DNA of 64,000 nt from contig OZ374558.1 in assembly GCA_977862235.1 (NCBI GenBank), positions 3,038,001-3,102,000 on the forward strand. Direction: 5' to 3'. Numbering within the stretch: position 1 is the stretch's first letter; each line of letters opens with the position of its first letter. This DNA comes from Dudresnaya verticillata. Its lineage: Eukaryota. This document shows positions 1 to 11,972 of this stretch, piece after piece. The position numbers and the translations under genes are program-made. A model generated the notes under the pieces. The model searched no databases and was not told the DNA's origin. It saw nothing but the letters and a program-made list of their open reading frames with translations.

Positions 1-2337
1 GTTTCCCGACGCTAACGAAGAATTATCGGACTCCACATCGGCCACCACCTCATCCAATGGATGTTCTTGCGTAGTGACTAACGTGGCCTGCCGATTCCCA
101 CGGTTCGAAGATGATTGTTGTGGCCGTCGGAGTATTCCCTGAGGGGGAGGGCGTCCCCTTCCATCCCCAAAGGAGACATTCCTTTGGTATGGGCGGTAAC
201 CGCGACCACCTCGGCCAGCAAACTGTTCAGGGTGCCATCTAGGGAATTCATCTCGGAAGCGGAAGTTACGTATGGCAAACAAGTTCCTGATGGCCATTGG
301 TAAGTACACACAAGTGTACAAATCATGGCCCCATTCGCGACAACCCCAACAACGGGCACTGGTTTTGTCACTGCGTAGCATAATAGCGACTTTGGCCAGC
401 TCATCCGATGTTAACGTCGGAGGTTTTCGGAGTGGGTCCGGGGTATTACCCCCGGACACCGACCCTGCCGGTGACGGCGTGGTCGGCGTCATCTTCGGTG
501 TTTGCTGAGCACCATTCTGGCCAGGGGTAATGGCCATAACCAGTATGGTGTCAAACGGATCATCATAGTTGGCCTCTATATCCTCCGGCTCTGCCTGCCA
601 AGCAGGTTCGGCCGCAAGGGTAGGGATGTCCAACGCACTTCGAGAACTGGCCGACCCTGTTTTGGGTCGTGCAGAAGCCAAGTAGGCTCTGTGTGTCTCC
701 CCCTCGGCGATGGCGATACGGCGCACCGTCGAGAAGTCCTTCTCCTCCGGCCGCATCTGCATAAGCTTCTCAGCTACGGCCGAACGAGTAGTCGAAGGTA
801 AACCCCTCACATAATTGTTGATCAGGGTGTTCTCCGAGAAGACATCGGCGCACGACAGCGCCGCGTCCCCTAACCGGTCAGCGAATTCCGCTTCTGTCTC
901 GGTATCTTTCTGTTTGCTTCTGGCCACTTTGTCGAACGCAGCGGCCAGAACATCTTCGGTGCAGTAGCGTTTGATGAGAGCGTGGACTAATTGTGGCCAG
1001 CTGATTTGTGAAAATCCACTCATCGGAAAGATGGAGTGTACTAACCTTATACCACGGGAAATTCGGCCAGAATAGAACCTCTTCGCATCACCGGCCGTAA
1101 ACAAGGCCAGTAGACGCAAAGCGGCCCCTTCATGGACGTTTTTCCCATCACAGGCGTCCTTGAACGCCTTGAGGAAGGACAGGAGCTCGATCGGACGTCG
1201 GCCATCAAATGGGTTCATCTGCGGGAACAAGTTCCGGATTTGGCGAGTCATCCGGGACAAGCGCCGCGCATCCTCCATAGTCATCGTTGGCCGAGTATCC
1301 AAAAGGCGGTGGGTCCGGTAATCCACCACCCGCCGGAAGGGTTCTTGGAGGGTCTTGAGAGGCTCTAGACCTGGTTCCATTGGCCCCATCATCGCGACAG
1401 GAAGACCTGTTTCATCCAACTGGCCAGTGTATCCCATGGAAGGGTCCCCTGCATCAACTGGCCCCGAAGGTCCAACTAAAGCAGGCCGTGGGGCGGCACC
1501 ACTGTTCTGAGTGTTGCCCTCTTGCGGTGGTACCCCTTCTTCAGGAATTTTTGGCCGAGCCTTGTCAGGATGCGACAAGGCTGTTATCTCATCTTGCAAC
1601 TTATCCAGTTGCTTCTGCACTGCTGCTACCGGTTCACCCACCTGCGGTGCCAAGACTGGTAGGTTGGCCGGTGTTATCCGAGCGGACTCGGACCTTGTCT
1701 GGCCAGGGAGATCAGGGAGTTTTACCTTCCCGTCGGAAGAGAAGACGGCCTTCTCAACCTTTTCCAGACGCTCATCATAACGTTCCGCTATGGCCGTAAG
1801 TGCACCGTCTAGGATGACGGAGTGTATCTCCTGGCGAAGCTGTTGGTCCCTAATCAGAGCCGTGGTGGAAATCTTGACTTGCATCTCGCCAAACTGGTTC
1901 TTCACCTCTTGTTGCCACTCGGCTGTACGTCGCTTATACTGGTAGAACTCTTGCCGGCCCAACCAAACGTCGTGTTCTGGCTGGGAATCATCATCAACTG
2001 GAGGTGGACGAAGATTGGCAGGAGCGGCCAGCGGGGTCATCGGCGGCGCTGTGGCCGCCGGTGGCGTGCGCCACGGCGAGACCGGTGGGGCTGTCCGCGG
2101 CAGTACCTCATTACGGACGGCACCTGCTGTGGAAGCTGACCCTGCTCGTCCAACTGTCGGAGGAATGAACTGGACAATCGATAACGGGACCGGAGGGGCT
2201 GGTGTTGGCCCCGATAACGGTGGATACAGGCCAGGAGCAGGGGGTGGGCCTATGGGAGCGTCCAACGTGGAGGGAGGCGGAGCCGAGCCTTGTAAGGACT
2301 GCGGTTATCCGCCTGCCGGTGAAGAAGAAGAAGACAT
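1..2337 (-). pseudogene. gag: Gag-like protein (early in-frame stop at codon 11; runs off the window)
   Basis: Manual translation: WPQLVHALIKRYCTEDVL...EFADRL...CADVFSE, similar to the gag of Gypsy A/B; zinc knuckle CWGCREWGHDLYTC near 310-350. Confidence 0.8.
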
Positions 2338-2402
2338 GACGAAGTACGTCGGAGACTGATTGGCCAGGTACTTCTAGCGATTCGTGGCCACCCCGTGGCC
2401 GA

Positions 2403-2580
2403 CGTGTGCAAAGTGGCCTTCCTGGGAACCACACTGTCGTGTGCAAAACACAGGGGTGGGAACGGACGATTCCGAGCTAATAGTCCCTATACCAAGAGCC
2501 GGACACTGCCGTGTGCAAAGCTCCCTGTGCTGGGAACGAACCAGCGAGTGTGCAAAGTGGCCAACCTGGGAACGAACCAA
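2403..2580. repeat. Degenerate tandem repeats in the Gypsy family 1 leader
   Basis: About four units built on GTGTGCAAA...(T)GGGAAC. Confidence 0.6.
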
Positions 2581-2796
2581 GCGACGGGTATCTGGCCTGT
2601 GACCTAGACTGTGGCCACAGAAACGGGTTGAAGTAAACTGACAATCAGATTGCGGAACCGGGTAGTTACTAACCCGCAATCTGCAACTTGCGGGGTTTGG
2701 CCACCACAGTAGCGAGGAAGAAACTGGCCGTCGTCGACTACGGCCAGCTACTCGAGTCTTCTAACGGAGCAATACGGACGGAATCACAACTGGTCT

Positions 2797-2813
2797 TCTA
2801 GGTCGGGAGACCA
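2797..2813 (-). promoter_or_regulatory. Primer binding site (complementary to a tRNA 3' end; tRNA-Tyr-like by recollection)
   Basis: TGGTCTCCCGACCTAGA 1 nt inside the LTR end; the same 17-mer occurs at 5015 and 55697. Confidence 0.8.
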
Positions 2814-2814
2814 G

Positions 2815-3578
2815 TGTAGCATCTCTAGAGCACCACCGCGTACGGCAGCCAAACGAGACCCCAAGAAGACCACAAAGACCTGTCGGATTTAACCAAAACT
2901 GGCCAGAACGTAGAACGGACCTGCGCGCCGGTAGCAAGCGTGGTAGAGCGGGAGCGCGCAGACGAAGTCGTGGCCAGAATGTGTGATGAGGACAGAAAAT
3001 GGCCAAGTCGAGGGTTCAGTTGCTAACTTTACTCCGAACCTCTGGCGGGACGGCTTCGTACCCTTTTCGGCTTAGCCGTAGTGTGTGGCCAGCTAAGTAG
3101 GCCCAAAATCGGCCATCTGAGCTAATCTAGAGCTATTCTACAGTTAGTGGCCGAGGTTACTCCGGTCGGCCATAATATCTACTTGTGTTCCGGCGTCGGG
3201 CCAATGTAAGGCCCTTGCGAGACTAAACCAAGTACTTGTGCGTTAATGGTTGGCTCTGCGAGTTAGATTTTCCCTTGATTTTTCCACTGTCTTCCCATTG
3301 ATTCACCGTGCGGCCAAATCCAATTTCGATTTGTGTCTGGCCGCAAAATCAGATCATGCGTGTACAGCGGGCCACGTGGTGCGCTTCGGTGTCGTAGGTG
3401 GCCACGTGTGGGCCACGTGTACAGTCGGTGGCCACGTTTCATACTTGCGCGCTCTCACCGCCGTCCGCGCGCCGACGGCACGACTTCATTGGCCAAGTGT
3501 CTTCGTTTGGTTGGGCCTATCGTACAGTTGGCCTGTCGAGTTGCTTCCTTTCGGTGGCCCCCTTGCCGTTGCACCACA
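2815..3578 (-). repeat. 5' LTR of Gypsy family 1 (~764 bp)
   Basis: TG...CA termini, adjacent to the PBS; outer end coincides with the point where the piggyBac-like protein sequence breaks. Confidence 0.7.
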
Positions 3579-4486
3579 CACCGGTCATCATCGGCATTAC
3601 ATTGACGTACTGTATCCGTGTAAACCAGGTACTTTCGGAGCATCTCGAATCGGTTACGCGACATGATATGAGAGAATTTAGGGGTGGGAAGATACTTGCT
3701 TGCCTGCTTGCTGCTCCACAAAGACCTCTTGTCACTGAACTCAAAACGTGACATGAGTATTACCAGCCCAAAATACTTGAGGATTTCACATCCGCTTGTT
3801 CGTTGCAGGCCACACTCCTCCAGCCTGAGACTCGTGTTGTGCACCATTGTCGACAAGTGCGACGCAGGGAACATACAATTGAAATATTCAAATGGTGCCA
3901 TGTCACAAGGTCCGTGACCGAACGTTATGCGTTCATCCATTGGACCAATAGCTTTCCATGGAATGGAGGAACAAGACCCATTCAACGGCATGTCAACCTC
4001 CTTCAACACCCAGGACTGGCCATGTGCTTCAGAAACCGGTCCCGGCTGGCCCAGTACAGTATGAACAGTCGGCGGTGCCGCATCATTTTCAGGGCTCGTA
4101 CTGGTGCTCACATTGGGAGACGTGACATCCGTTTCAAGGGCTGCGATTGACGGGGATGGGACTTCACCGCCTGGTAGCATGAGAATGGGTTGACCTTCTA
4201 GGGTAAGCGGGGTTTCGTTACTCTCCAGAGCCTCTCCCGCTTTGATACTGCAAAGGCGGAGTGTGACATTCTTCGGTTCATCGAGCAGTTTCCATCTTGC
4301 TGTCACGGATCTGATGCGTCGGCTGTTCACAATGGATGCTGACGTCGCAAGCATTGTTCCTGTGATCAATTTTGTCTTCCATGCGGCTCCATACATTCGG
4401 CGGCGCTTCCCATCGGATGTCAACAGCTTCGCGCGGATATGGACAAGGTTCCCTTGAGCTGTGCGAGGATCCGGCGTGTTGGCCAT
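3579..4486 (-). pseudogene. piggyBac-like (PGBD) transposase, N-terminal part, truncated by the LTR insertion
   Basis: PFEYFNCMFP...EILKYFGLVILM...LWS...IMSRNRFEMLRKYL matches the conserved N-terminal piggyBac transposase pattern; the DDD core is absent here. Confidence 0.8.
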
Positions 4487-4656
4487 TTTGGGCGACTTAG
4501 TGGACAGATAGGTAGCTTCTCTTTCCTGGAGATTAGACGGCGAGGTTTTTGACTTTCATTCGAGTCTGCCATGGTTCGGTATTCAAAGGGGAAGGCGAGG
4601 TGGGAAACATAAGTTTTCAAAATGGTTCCTTTACTGTAATACGTCTATTCTTAAAC

Positions 4657-4693
4657 TGGCCTCACATGAGGCCAAAGGGCCTCATATGAGGCC
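4657..4693. repeat. Two adjacent palindromes, probable piggyBac subterminal transposase-binding sites
   Basis: TGGCCTCACATGAGGCCA and GGCCTCATATGAGGCC upstream of the transposase. Confidence 0.5.
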
Positions 4694-4709
4694 ACTTGTC
4701 GAATAGACA

Positions 4710-5009
4710 CTAGCGTAAACGGGCAAGCAACCCTTGAGCCTCAATCCCCCTGTAGCTCTTTCCTTTACGGTTTTCCCAGCGCCGAGCCCGTTGCGGTCTA
4801 CCACCACCACCGTTACGGAGTCCGTCCCGGCACTTGTACGACCCGCTTGACTGTTGCTTCCCAATATCCGTTTCGGTTAGCCGCTCGCTGTTCTCCCGTC
4901 TCGGTGCAAACTGCTCTACCACTCCGTGGAGGTAGTATCGCTCTCTTCCCGTGTAGGAACGTTATGCCAGCTGTCCGTTACGGAGTTCGTGGGTTTTCAC
5001 TACACCACA
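4710..5009 (+). repeat. Partial 5' LTR of Gypsy A
   Basis: Matches 15307-15606 with about 14 differences in 300 bp by eye; ends CTACACCACA. Confidence 0.9.
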
Positions 5010-5014
5010 TCTTT

Positions 5015-5031
5015 TGGTCTCCCGACCTAGA
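5015..5031 (+). promoter_or_regulatory. Primer binding site of Gypsy A
   Basis: TGGTCTCCCGACCTAGA 5 nt downstream of the LTR. Confidence 0.85.
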
Positions 5032-5157
5032 ACACCATCACGGTTGGAAGAAACAGCCGTCGAAATCCGCTACGGTAGGAATTCGGCTGTTTCGACAACC
5101 CGTTACGGAATATTGGATAGACAAGCAAGAACAACCGTTGTATTCCGTTAAGGTATC

Positions 5158-7636
5158 ATGCAGAACGAAGAACACGCAGACCCTCCCGTTACGGAACCTA
5201 AGACGGGTGGCACTACCCCCGCTGCGCGCAGTCTGCGAGTGAAGGAGGTGAAATCCGTGCCGGAGCGGAGAACCTAGAAGACATCCTTAAGGGTGCTGCT
5301 GGTAAAGCACCCCGTTCCCGTGTCGGATCAGACGCCTCGAAGAAGGCGGCTCCGCAACCAAAGCCGGAATCCCATCGGGTCCACTGGGTCCTATCGGAGG
5401 TCCTTCCTAGGGTGTTAGAGCATCTCCGATTGGAAGTACAACCTGGAATGGCGAAATAGGTGGAGATATCCCTCTCGGAAACTGTTCCGTCTGTGGTCAA
5501 TTCGTATCTGGAGCAGCACCCTCCTCGGATAGTGCAAGCTTTTATCTTACAGGAAAATGTGGCCGCCCAGCTCGAGAGCCAGATTACTCTCGGCATGGCG
5601 AGGCTTCCCGCTACAGAATCTTTTACTGAGCAACCACCGTTATGAAATGACTTCCCGGTCGAGAGAAGAACGCAGCAGCCGCAACAACGCCCGTTATGTG
5701 ATTACAGCCGGGTATAGTACCCTCTGGGCCACTGCCACCGGCTCTCATAACGGATTCCCAACATCAATACGCCCCTACGGGACCAACACACACTCAGCCA
5801 CCGTCACGGTATTCTCCTGGACACGTAGATGTGCCTACGCCCGGGCGCTATCATCAAGAGCGCTATACCGTTCCGGTTCGATCAGGTGGAGGCAGCGACC
5901 ATCTCAGCGATGCGTCCAGCGCACCCCATCCGAGTCAGAGGACCGGTCGAGGTCGGCATAATCGAGATGCCCGACACTCTCACTCTGACCCGCCCTGTCG
6001 GTTGCACATGGGCGCCCACACTCAGCAACGACGCAATCAATCCTTTACGGAATCGAATGAGAGCAGCTCAGAGTATAGCCAACACCGCCGCCGAAATAGG
6101 AGAAACAGAAAATCGCGGAAACGCGGAAAAGGCATGACTCCTCTTCCTCTACGCATTCATACAGAGAGAGTTCTTCCGTAACGGATAGAGAGAACAGGCA
6201 CCGGGCCAGAAAACACGGTGCCAAATCCGGAAAGGTGAAGCTAATCCGGCCGCTACATGACAAGTTTGTCAAGGCGCTGGACTACCGCACCTACCCATTG
6301 GAAAAGAGGAAGTAAGACTTACGGCTCTAAGTTCTCACAGAACATGAGCCGTACACGGAAGAAACTCGACGTCCAGATGTCGTCCCATACATTCGATGGG
6401 ACGGACCCTATTACCGTCTTGGGATTTTTCGCCAAGTTCCGTGACGGTTGTAATATCAATGGCATCGCCGAAGGGGTTGCCCTCTGGTGCTTCCAGTTTT
6501 TCCTAAAAGGACAAGCCGAAGCCCTTCTACAGGCTAGGCTTGCTGGAGGTAACATGGCGGTTGATGTGGAGCAGGCTGAGATGCTCCGCTCTTACTCCGA
6601 GGTGGTGAATTCCCTACTGAGCACTTACGCTACGGATGGAGTAATCGCTGAAGTCTATACGGAAGTCAGTAATTTCAGGCAAACATCTGCCATGACGGAA
6701 GATCAGCTCTCGAACCAACTCTGGGCAAAGGCTCTCCGCTGCGGTACTGTGTTTTCCGATCGGGCGTTGAAGTCACTGTTCGTCGAGGGGCTCCTACCTG
6801 GGAGGCGTCAACAGATGCGAAATTATCTTGCAACGCATTCCCAGCTGGAATACCAGGCCATCACTCGCTATGCGACTGGTCTGGGTCAGTCCCATCGGGC
6901 AGCTCGACGCCAAACCGTTCCGGCTCACGTCTTTGATGGGCGCACTAAAGCACGCCCGTCGAAGGTGTTATCGTTGGATTCCGTATCGGATGTACACTAC
7001 GAGCTGCAAGGGAATCTTTCCGCTACGGATAATCAAGTGCTAGCAGTCGAGGGACGTTACGGTGCCGCTACGGGAACAAGTACGGGGGCCAGCTTTTCAA
7101 CCCGGTACTCTTCACCCCCGCAAAGCGTTCACCCTACGCTGCCCAGGATCCCATGCGCGCAAGGTACCCCCTATGGTGGATCTCGCCCGGCTCCTGGCTC
7201 TCAACAGCAGCCGAGTCACAGTTACGGAAATAATGCCCACGATGGGCGAGGACAGCAGCAACCAGCACCTCCGCTACGGGATGAGTCGGATCCTCGGGTC
7301 CGACGCCTTTACGGAAGTGGCAATTGCCGCATCTGTCTTTCCGCAGAACATGTCGTTTGCCCGTGGATAAACGATGCCGATCGGGTTAAGCTCATGGAAG
7401 AGCGTGAGCGCAACTTCCAGAGGCACTACCCTGTAGGCCGCAGTTTTGTCGTGGGAACCAGTTCGAATCCGCAAGGGAATCGGGGCAAGCTGCAAACGCC
7501 CCCTCGGTGACGGAAGGCCCTGATATTATCGGTGGAGGACCATGACGGAGTGGAATATGCGGAATTGCGCGAGCCCATGGAGGCGGATCCGACTGGTGCA
7601 CCCTTGATTTCGGAAAACTCAAGGGGGGACGCGTAA
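5158..7636 (+). pseudogene. gag: Gag of Gypsy A (stops and frameshifts)
   Basis: Colinear with the intact 826-aa gag at 53090-55570 (MQNEEHADPP...ENSRGDA); knuckle CRICLSAEHVVC. Confidence 0.9.
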
Positions 7637-7674
7637 GGGCACCGGCATCGCCGCCTAACGGCGTTCCACCTCTC

Positions 7675-10600
7675 GTGAGTGTGGACTCGCCCGGGCATCG
7701 GGGAGATACCGTTACGGAACTCCCATTGGCTTCTCAGACCAATGATCCTATATGTGTTATGCAACAACAAAACTATAAGATTCCAATTACCGTGGGACGG
7801 ACAGACAGCGTGATGCTTCCTATAATCTCCGTATTGGACTCTGGCGCGGGGCCGAATCTCATTAGTGCCAAGCGACTACCCCGTCAATGGGTACCCCTCA
7901 TTCGCCCCGCCATAAGTCCTCCGCTACGGGATGCATCTAATCGCGCTATCCGCCCCCTTGGTCAGATCCAACTTTTCGTCCGTATCGGAGAGCTCCGTGC
8001 TCGCGTCCACTTCCTCGTGGTCGCGAACTTAGCTGCTCCGTATATCTTGGGGTCTACCTTCATCGACCGCTATGTGAAGGCCATCCTTCCCCCGTTACGG
8101 AAAGTTGTTTTTCACCATTACCCCCGGTATCCCTTGTTGGTCAAGCCAAAATTCCGAAGACTGGTACCGCCGCAACCCTACAGCCCTCATCTTTTTCCAC
8201 CGCTACGGTTTCTCAGAAAATTAGTTTAGCAAGATCTACCCTTATTCCCCCTAACCGTTACGGAGGTTTGAGTCATCGGAGGTTTGAGTCATAGTATGAC
8301 TCAAACCTCCGTAACGGTTAATGCCGCCACGGGTGGGTTATGCTTTCTACAAAATCATCCTAAGCCGGCTTTTAAGCACCTTACGTTAATGGCTAATGGT
8401 ATTATGGATGTTGTACCTGACAAACCGTTTCGGATCTGGGTCTCTAAGTCTTCTAACAAGCCGGTACGGTTGCCCAAATCTACTGTCGTGGGCCTCGCTA
8501 CTGCTGCCCCTTCTGCTATTTTTACCGTTGGCGGTATACCTCCATTTAAGGAGGGGGAGGAATTATTCAATCATTTAATTATAACCTTACCTCCAAAAAG
8601 GGCAGCAGCATCTCCCCTCACGACAATGAAGTAGGCAAACCCGTAACGGAAACTACAAATACTACCGACTGGAAGGATCAAGTCCAGATCGGTACAGAAG
8701 AAGCATCGCTCCGTAAACGGATTTTGACCCTACTCGAGGAATACAAGTCGATGTGGAGTGACGATCTTGGTGCTAATGTAATTGAGCCGGCCTCATCGGA
8801 GTGGGCCAGTCCCGTGGTTTTCGTTCCAAAAAAGGACGGCACCATGCGGTTCTGTGTTGAATATAGAAGGCTCAATTCCGTAACGGTCAGGGACTCATAT
8901 CCCTTGCCCAGGATGGATGAGTGCATAGATTCCCTTGGGGAAGCTACTGTATTTACCACTCTGGATTGCAATGGCGGATGTTGGCAAGTCGAGATTCCGG
9001 AAGAGGAAAGGGACAAAACTACCTTCACTACCCATTTTGGCTTATACCGTTTTCGGAGAATGCCATTCGGATTGAAGAATGCACCGGTAACCTTCCAACG
9101 GGCAGTGGATATAATCCTTTCTACGGCTAAATGGCAATTTGCCCTCGTGTACCTAGACGATGTAATTGTCTACTCAAAAACCGTTACGGAACATTTCCAC
9201 CACCTGAAGGAAGTCCTTACGCTTTTACGATCCGCTGGTTAGCGTCGAAGTTGTCAAAGTGTGACTTCTTCAACGCGTCTGTACAATACCTTGGGCATGT
9301 TATCCGTCCCGGAAAATTAGAAGTGGATAATCGGAATATCCAATCTGTTAAGGTCGCGAAGCCGCCGACTAACCAAACGGAATTGCGATCCTTCTTGGTA
9401 ATGCGCAACGTGTATCGTCGCTTTGTACCCACCTTCGCTCGGATTTCAGCACCGCTAAATAAGAAAACCGACAAGGGCTCACCCTTTGAGTTTGGAATAT
9501 TATCCGCTACGGAATATGAAGCCTTCGAGGAACTGACGAGACACGTTATCTCTCCACCTATATTGGCTCTATCCCGTCACGGATATAAATATACGTTGGA
9601 CACTGACGCATGTGACCACCAAGTCGGCTGTGTCCTTCTGCAGGAACACCCGAATGGCGATCAACTCCCTATTGGATATTGGAGCCGAAGCCTCACCGAT
9701 GCGGAGAAAAATTATACGACAACCGAAAAGGAATGCTTAGCCGTGGTCTGGAGCATGTTAACACTCCGACCCTACCTTTACGGTGACAAGTTTATTCTCC
9801 GAACGGATCACGATGCCCTGCGGTGGATCCTGAACCTCGCAGACTCATCTGGCCGCCTTGCCAGGTGGAGGCTCCGCCTATCGGAATTTGAATTTGAGGT
9901 GCAATACCGTCCTGGAATTAAGCATCAACTCGCCGATGGGATGTCGCGACTCCGAACGGATGGCGGTGACGATAGACCTTTGGATGAAGAAATACCCTGC
10001 TTTGTCGCCGAAAATACCGTCGACGGATTATATGAGCATGGAGTCTATTTAACCGATTGGGCCACATCACAAGAAACTGGTACGGAAAATAACGTAATAT
10101 GCGCCGTGGAGCCCGGAATTGGAAGTGCATCCGCCTCCCCTGACAAGCCCGACGCAATACCGTCACGGTCTACTGTAATCCAAGAATCCGACGTTAAGGA
10201 TGAGACAATAGCCAGGGAGGAGTTCCTCGAAGCGCAAGCCCGAGACCCTTTCTGTCGTCTCAAAGCCGATACGGTAGGCTCCCCTGGATCACAATTTGAC
10301 TATGACCGTAACGGATTCTTGGTACGCAAGTCCCAATTGGATGGCGCTCTACAGAAGGTGGTGCCAAGCGAACTCCGTGGACGGGTATTGTATTTATCCC
10401 ACTGCACCCTGATGTCGGGTCACCCAGGTGGAATTAAGATGTATTATACACTCCGACAGGATTATCATTGGCCTCATATGGCCAACGATGTATTGGAATC
10501 CGTTCGTACATGTCACTCCTGCGTGAAGAAGAAGGGAACCCGCTTTCAGAATCAAAGGTTTATGAAACTTTTCCCCGCTAGCGGACCTTTGGAGTTTGTC

Positions 10601-11872
10601 GCTATCGACATCCTCGGGCCACTTCCGAAGACAAAACGGGGTTACGTCTACGTTTTGGTAATAACCGATCGGTTCTCTAAGCTGACGCGCTGTATTACGT
10701 TACGGACAACAACAGCCGTTGTGGTGGCTAACGCCTTTCTGGACTTTTAGGTGTACGCCTACGGCGCACCCCAATTTGTCCTAACCGATAACGAACCGCA
10801 GTTTACTGCTAAGTTCTTTGATGCAGTGTGTTCCTTGCTCGGATTCAGGCATGTACTCACCGCTGCCTACCATCCACAGACAAATGGGCAAGCTGAGCGA
10901 TTTAATAAGACAACCGCCCAACGTTTGCGCCATTACGTCGAGGATCATCACTCCGATTGGGATTTGTACCTGCAACCGTTGACGTATGCGTACAACATGC
11001 GGGTACACCGTATTACGGAAACATCTCCATTTGATTTGGTGCTGACACGCCACCCATCGGACATTAATGTACGAGGGGCTTCTGTAGAGCATCAGGAAAC
11101 CGTTACGGAAGGGCGTATGACCCCGGTGCTACAGAAGCGGAACACCATGCGCCGATTACGATATGCGCTCCAGACAGCACGCACGAAGCAGACAGTGGCT
11201 CCGCAAAAAGCCAAGGCACTGTTTGACCGTAAGGTGCGCTTTATGCCTATAATCCGTAGCGGAGATCAAGTGTATGTCGACCGGCCGCCCCATAACTTGC
11301 GGCCTGCCGAACGCCGTGAACGGGTCCGATTGGAAGGCAAACCGGATGGTGTGGGCGAGGTGGCTCAGTAAATGAAGAAACGCCTTCCGGGAGCCACGGG
11401 GCCCTATGAAGTGGAATCCGCAACGGAACATGTGGTTACAATCCGCAAGGAAGGGGTATTGATTCCAGTAAGTATCGATCGCATCACGAAGGTTCCGATC
11501 GGAGTTGCGGTTCAGCCGGCACCCTTAACAGTGCCGGCTGTCACGCCATCAACCGTTTACGGAGAAGTAGTGCCACATCCAGAAGGTAGTACAGTACCGC
11601 CTACACCGTCAGCGGGCATTACACCCTCTGTAGCGGGACCCCTACAAGCCGATACGGAATATGTGATCGACAAGATTGTCGGTCACCGCGACGAACCTAC
11701 TGGGATGACATATAAGGTCCGCTGGTATGGTTTTCCTTCGGATCAGGACACTTTTGAGCCCGCTGAGGAGTTGCCGCTAATTTTCATCTACCGGTATTGG
11801 AAGCAAAAGAAGAAGACATCCGCTAAGGGTAAGCTACGGCGACATGCTATTCCAACACTTCGCTCACCATAA
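7675..11872 (+). pseudogene. pol: Pol of Gypsy A: protease, RT, RNase H, integrase, chromodomain (fragmented)
   Basis: LDSGA protease; RMPFGLKNAP and YLDD RT; TDAC...NYTTTEKECLA RNase H; H-H-C-C zinc finger, DILGP...TDN...ERFN integrase; EYVIDKIV...YKVRWYG...TFEP chromodomain; ~42-aa deletion in the RT N-terminus relative to copy B. Confidence 0.95.
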
Positions 11873-11972
11873 AGGACAGCTGGAGTGCTACTGTGTGGGA
11901 ACGCACAAAGTTTATCGCAAGCTAAGGTAGGATTATACTTGAAACCGTTAAGGAGAACCTCGAACTGTAACT

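Larger units (their letters stand above)
1..3578 (-). mobile_element. Ty3/Gypsy LTR retrotransposon (family 1), 5' LTR + PBS + gag; continues beyond the left window edge
   Basis: On minus: LTR TGTGGTG...CTACA, PBS TGGTCTCCCGACCTAGA (identical to the PBS of Gypsy A/B), then a gag-like frame with a CCHC knuckle. Confidence 0.85.
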
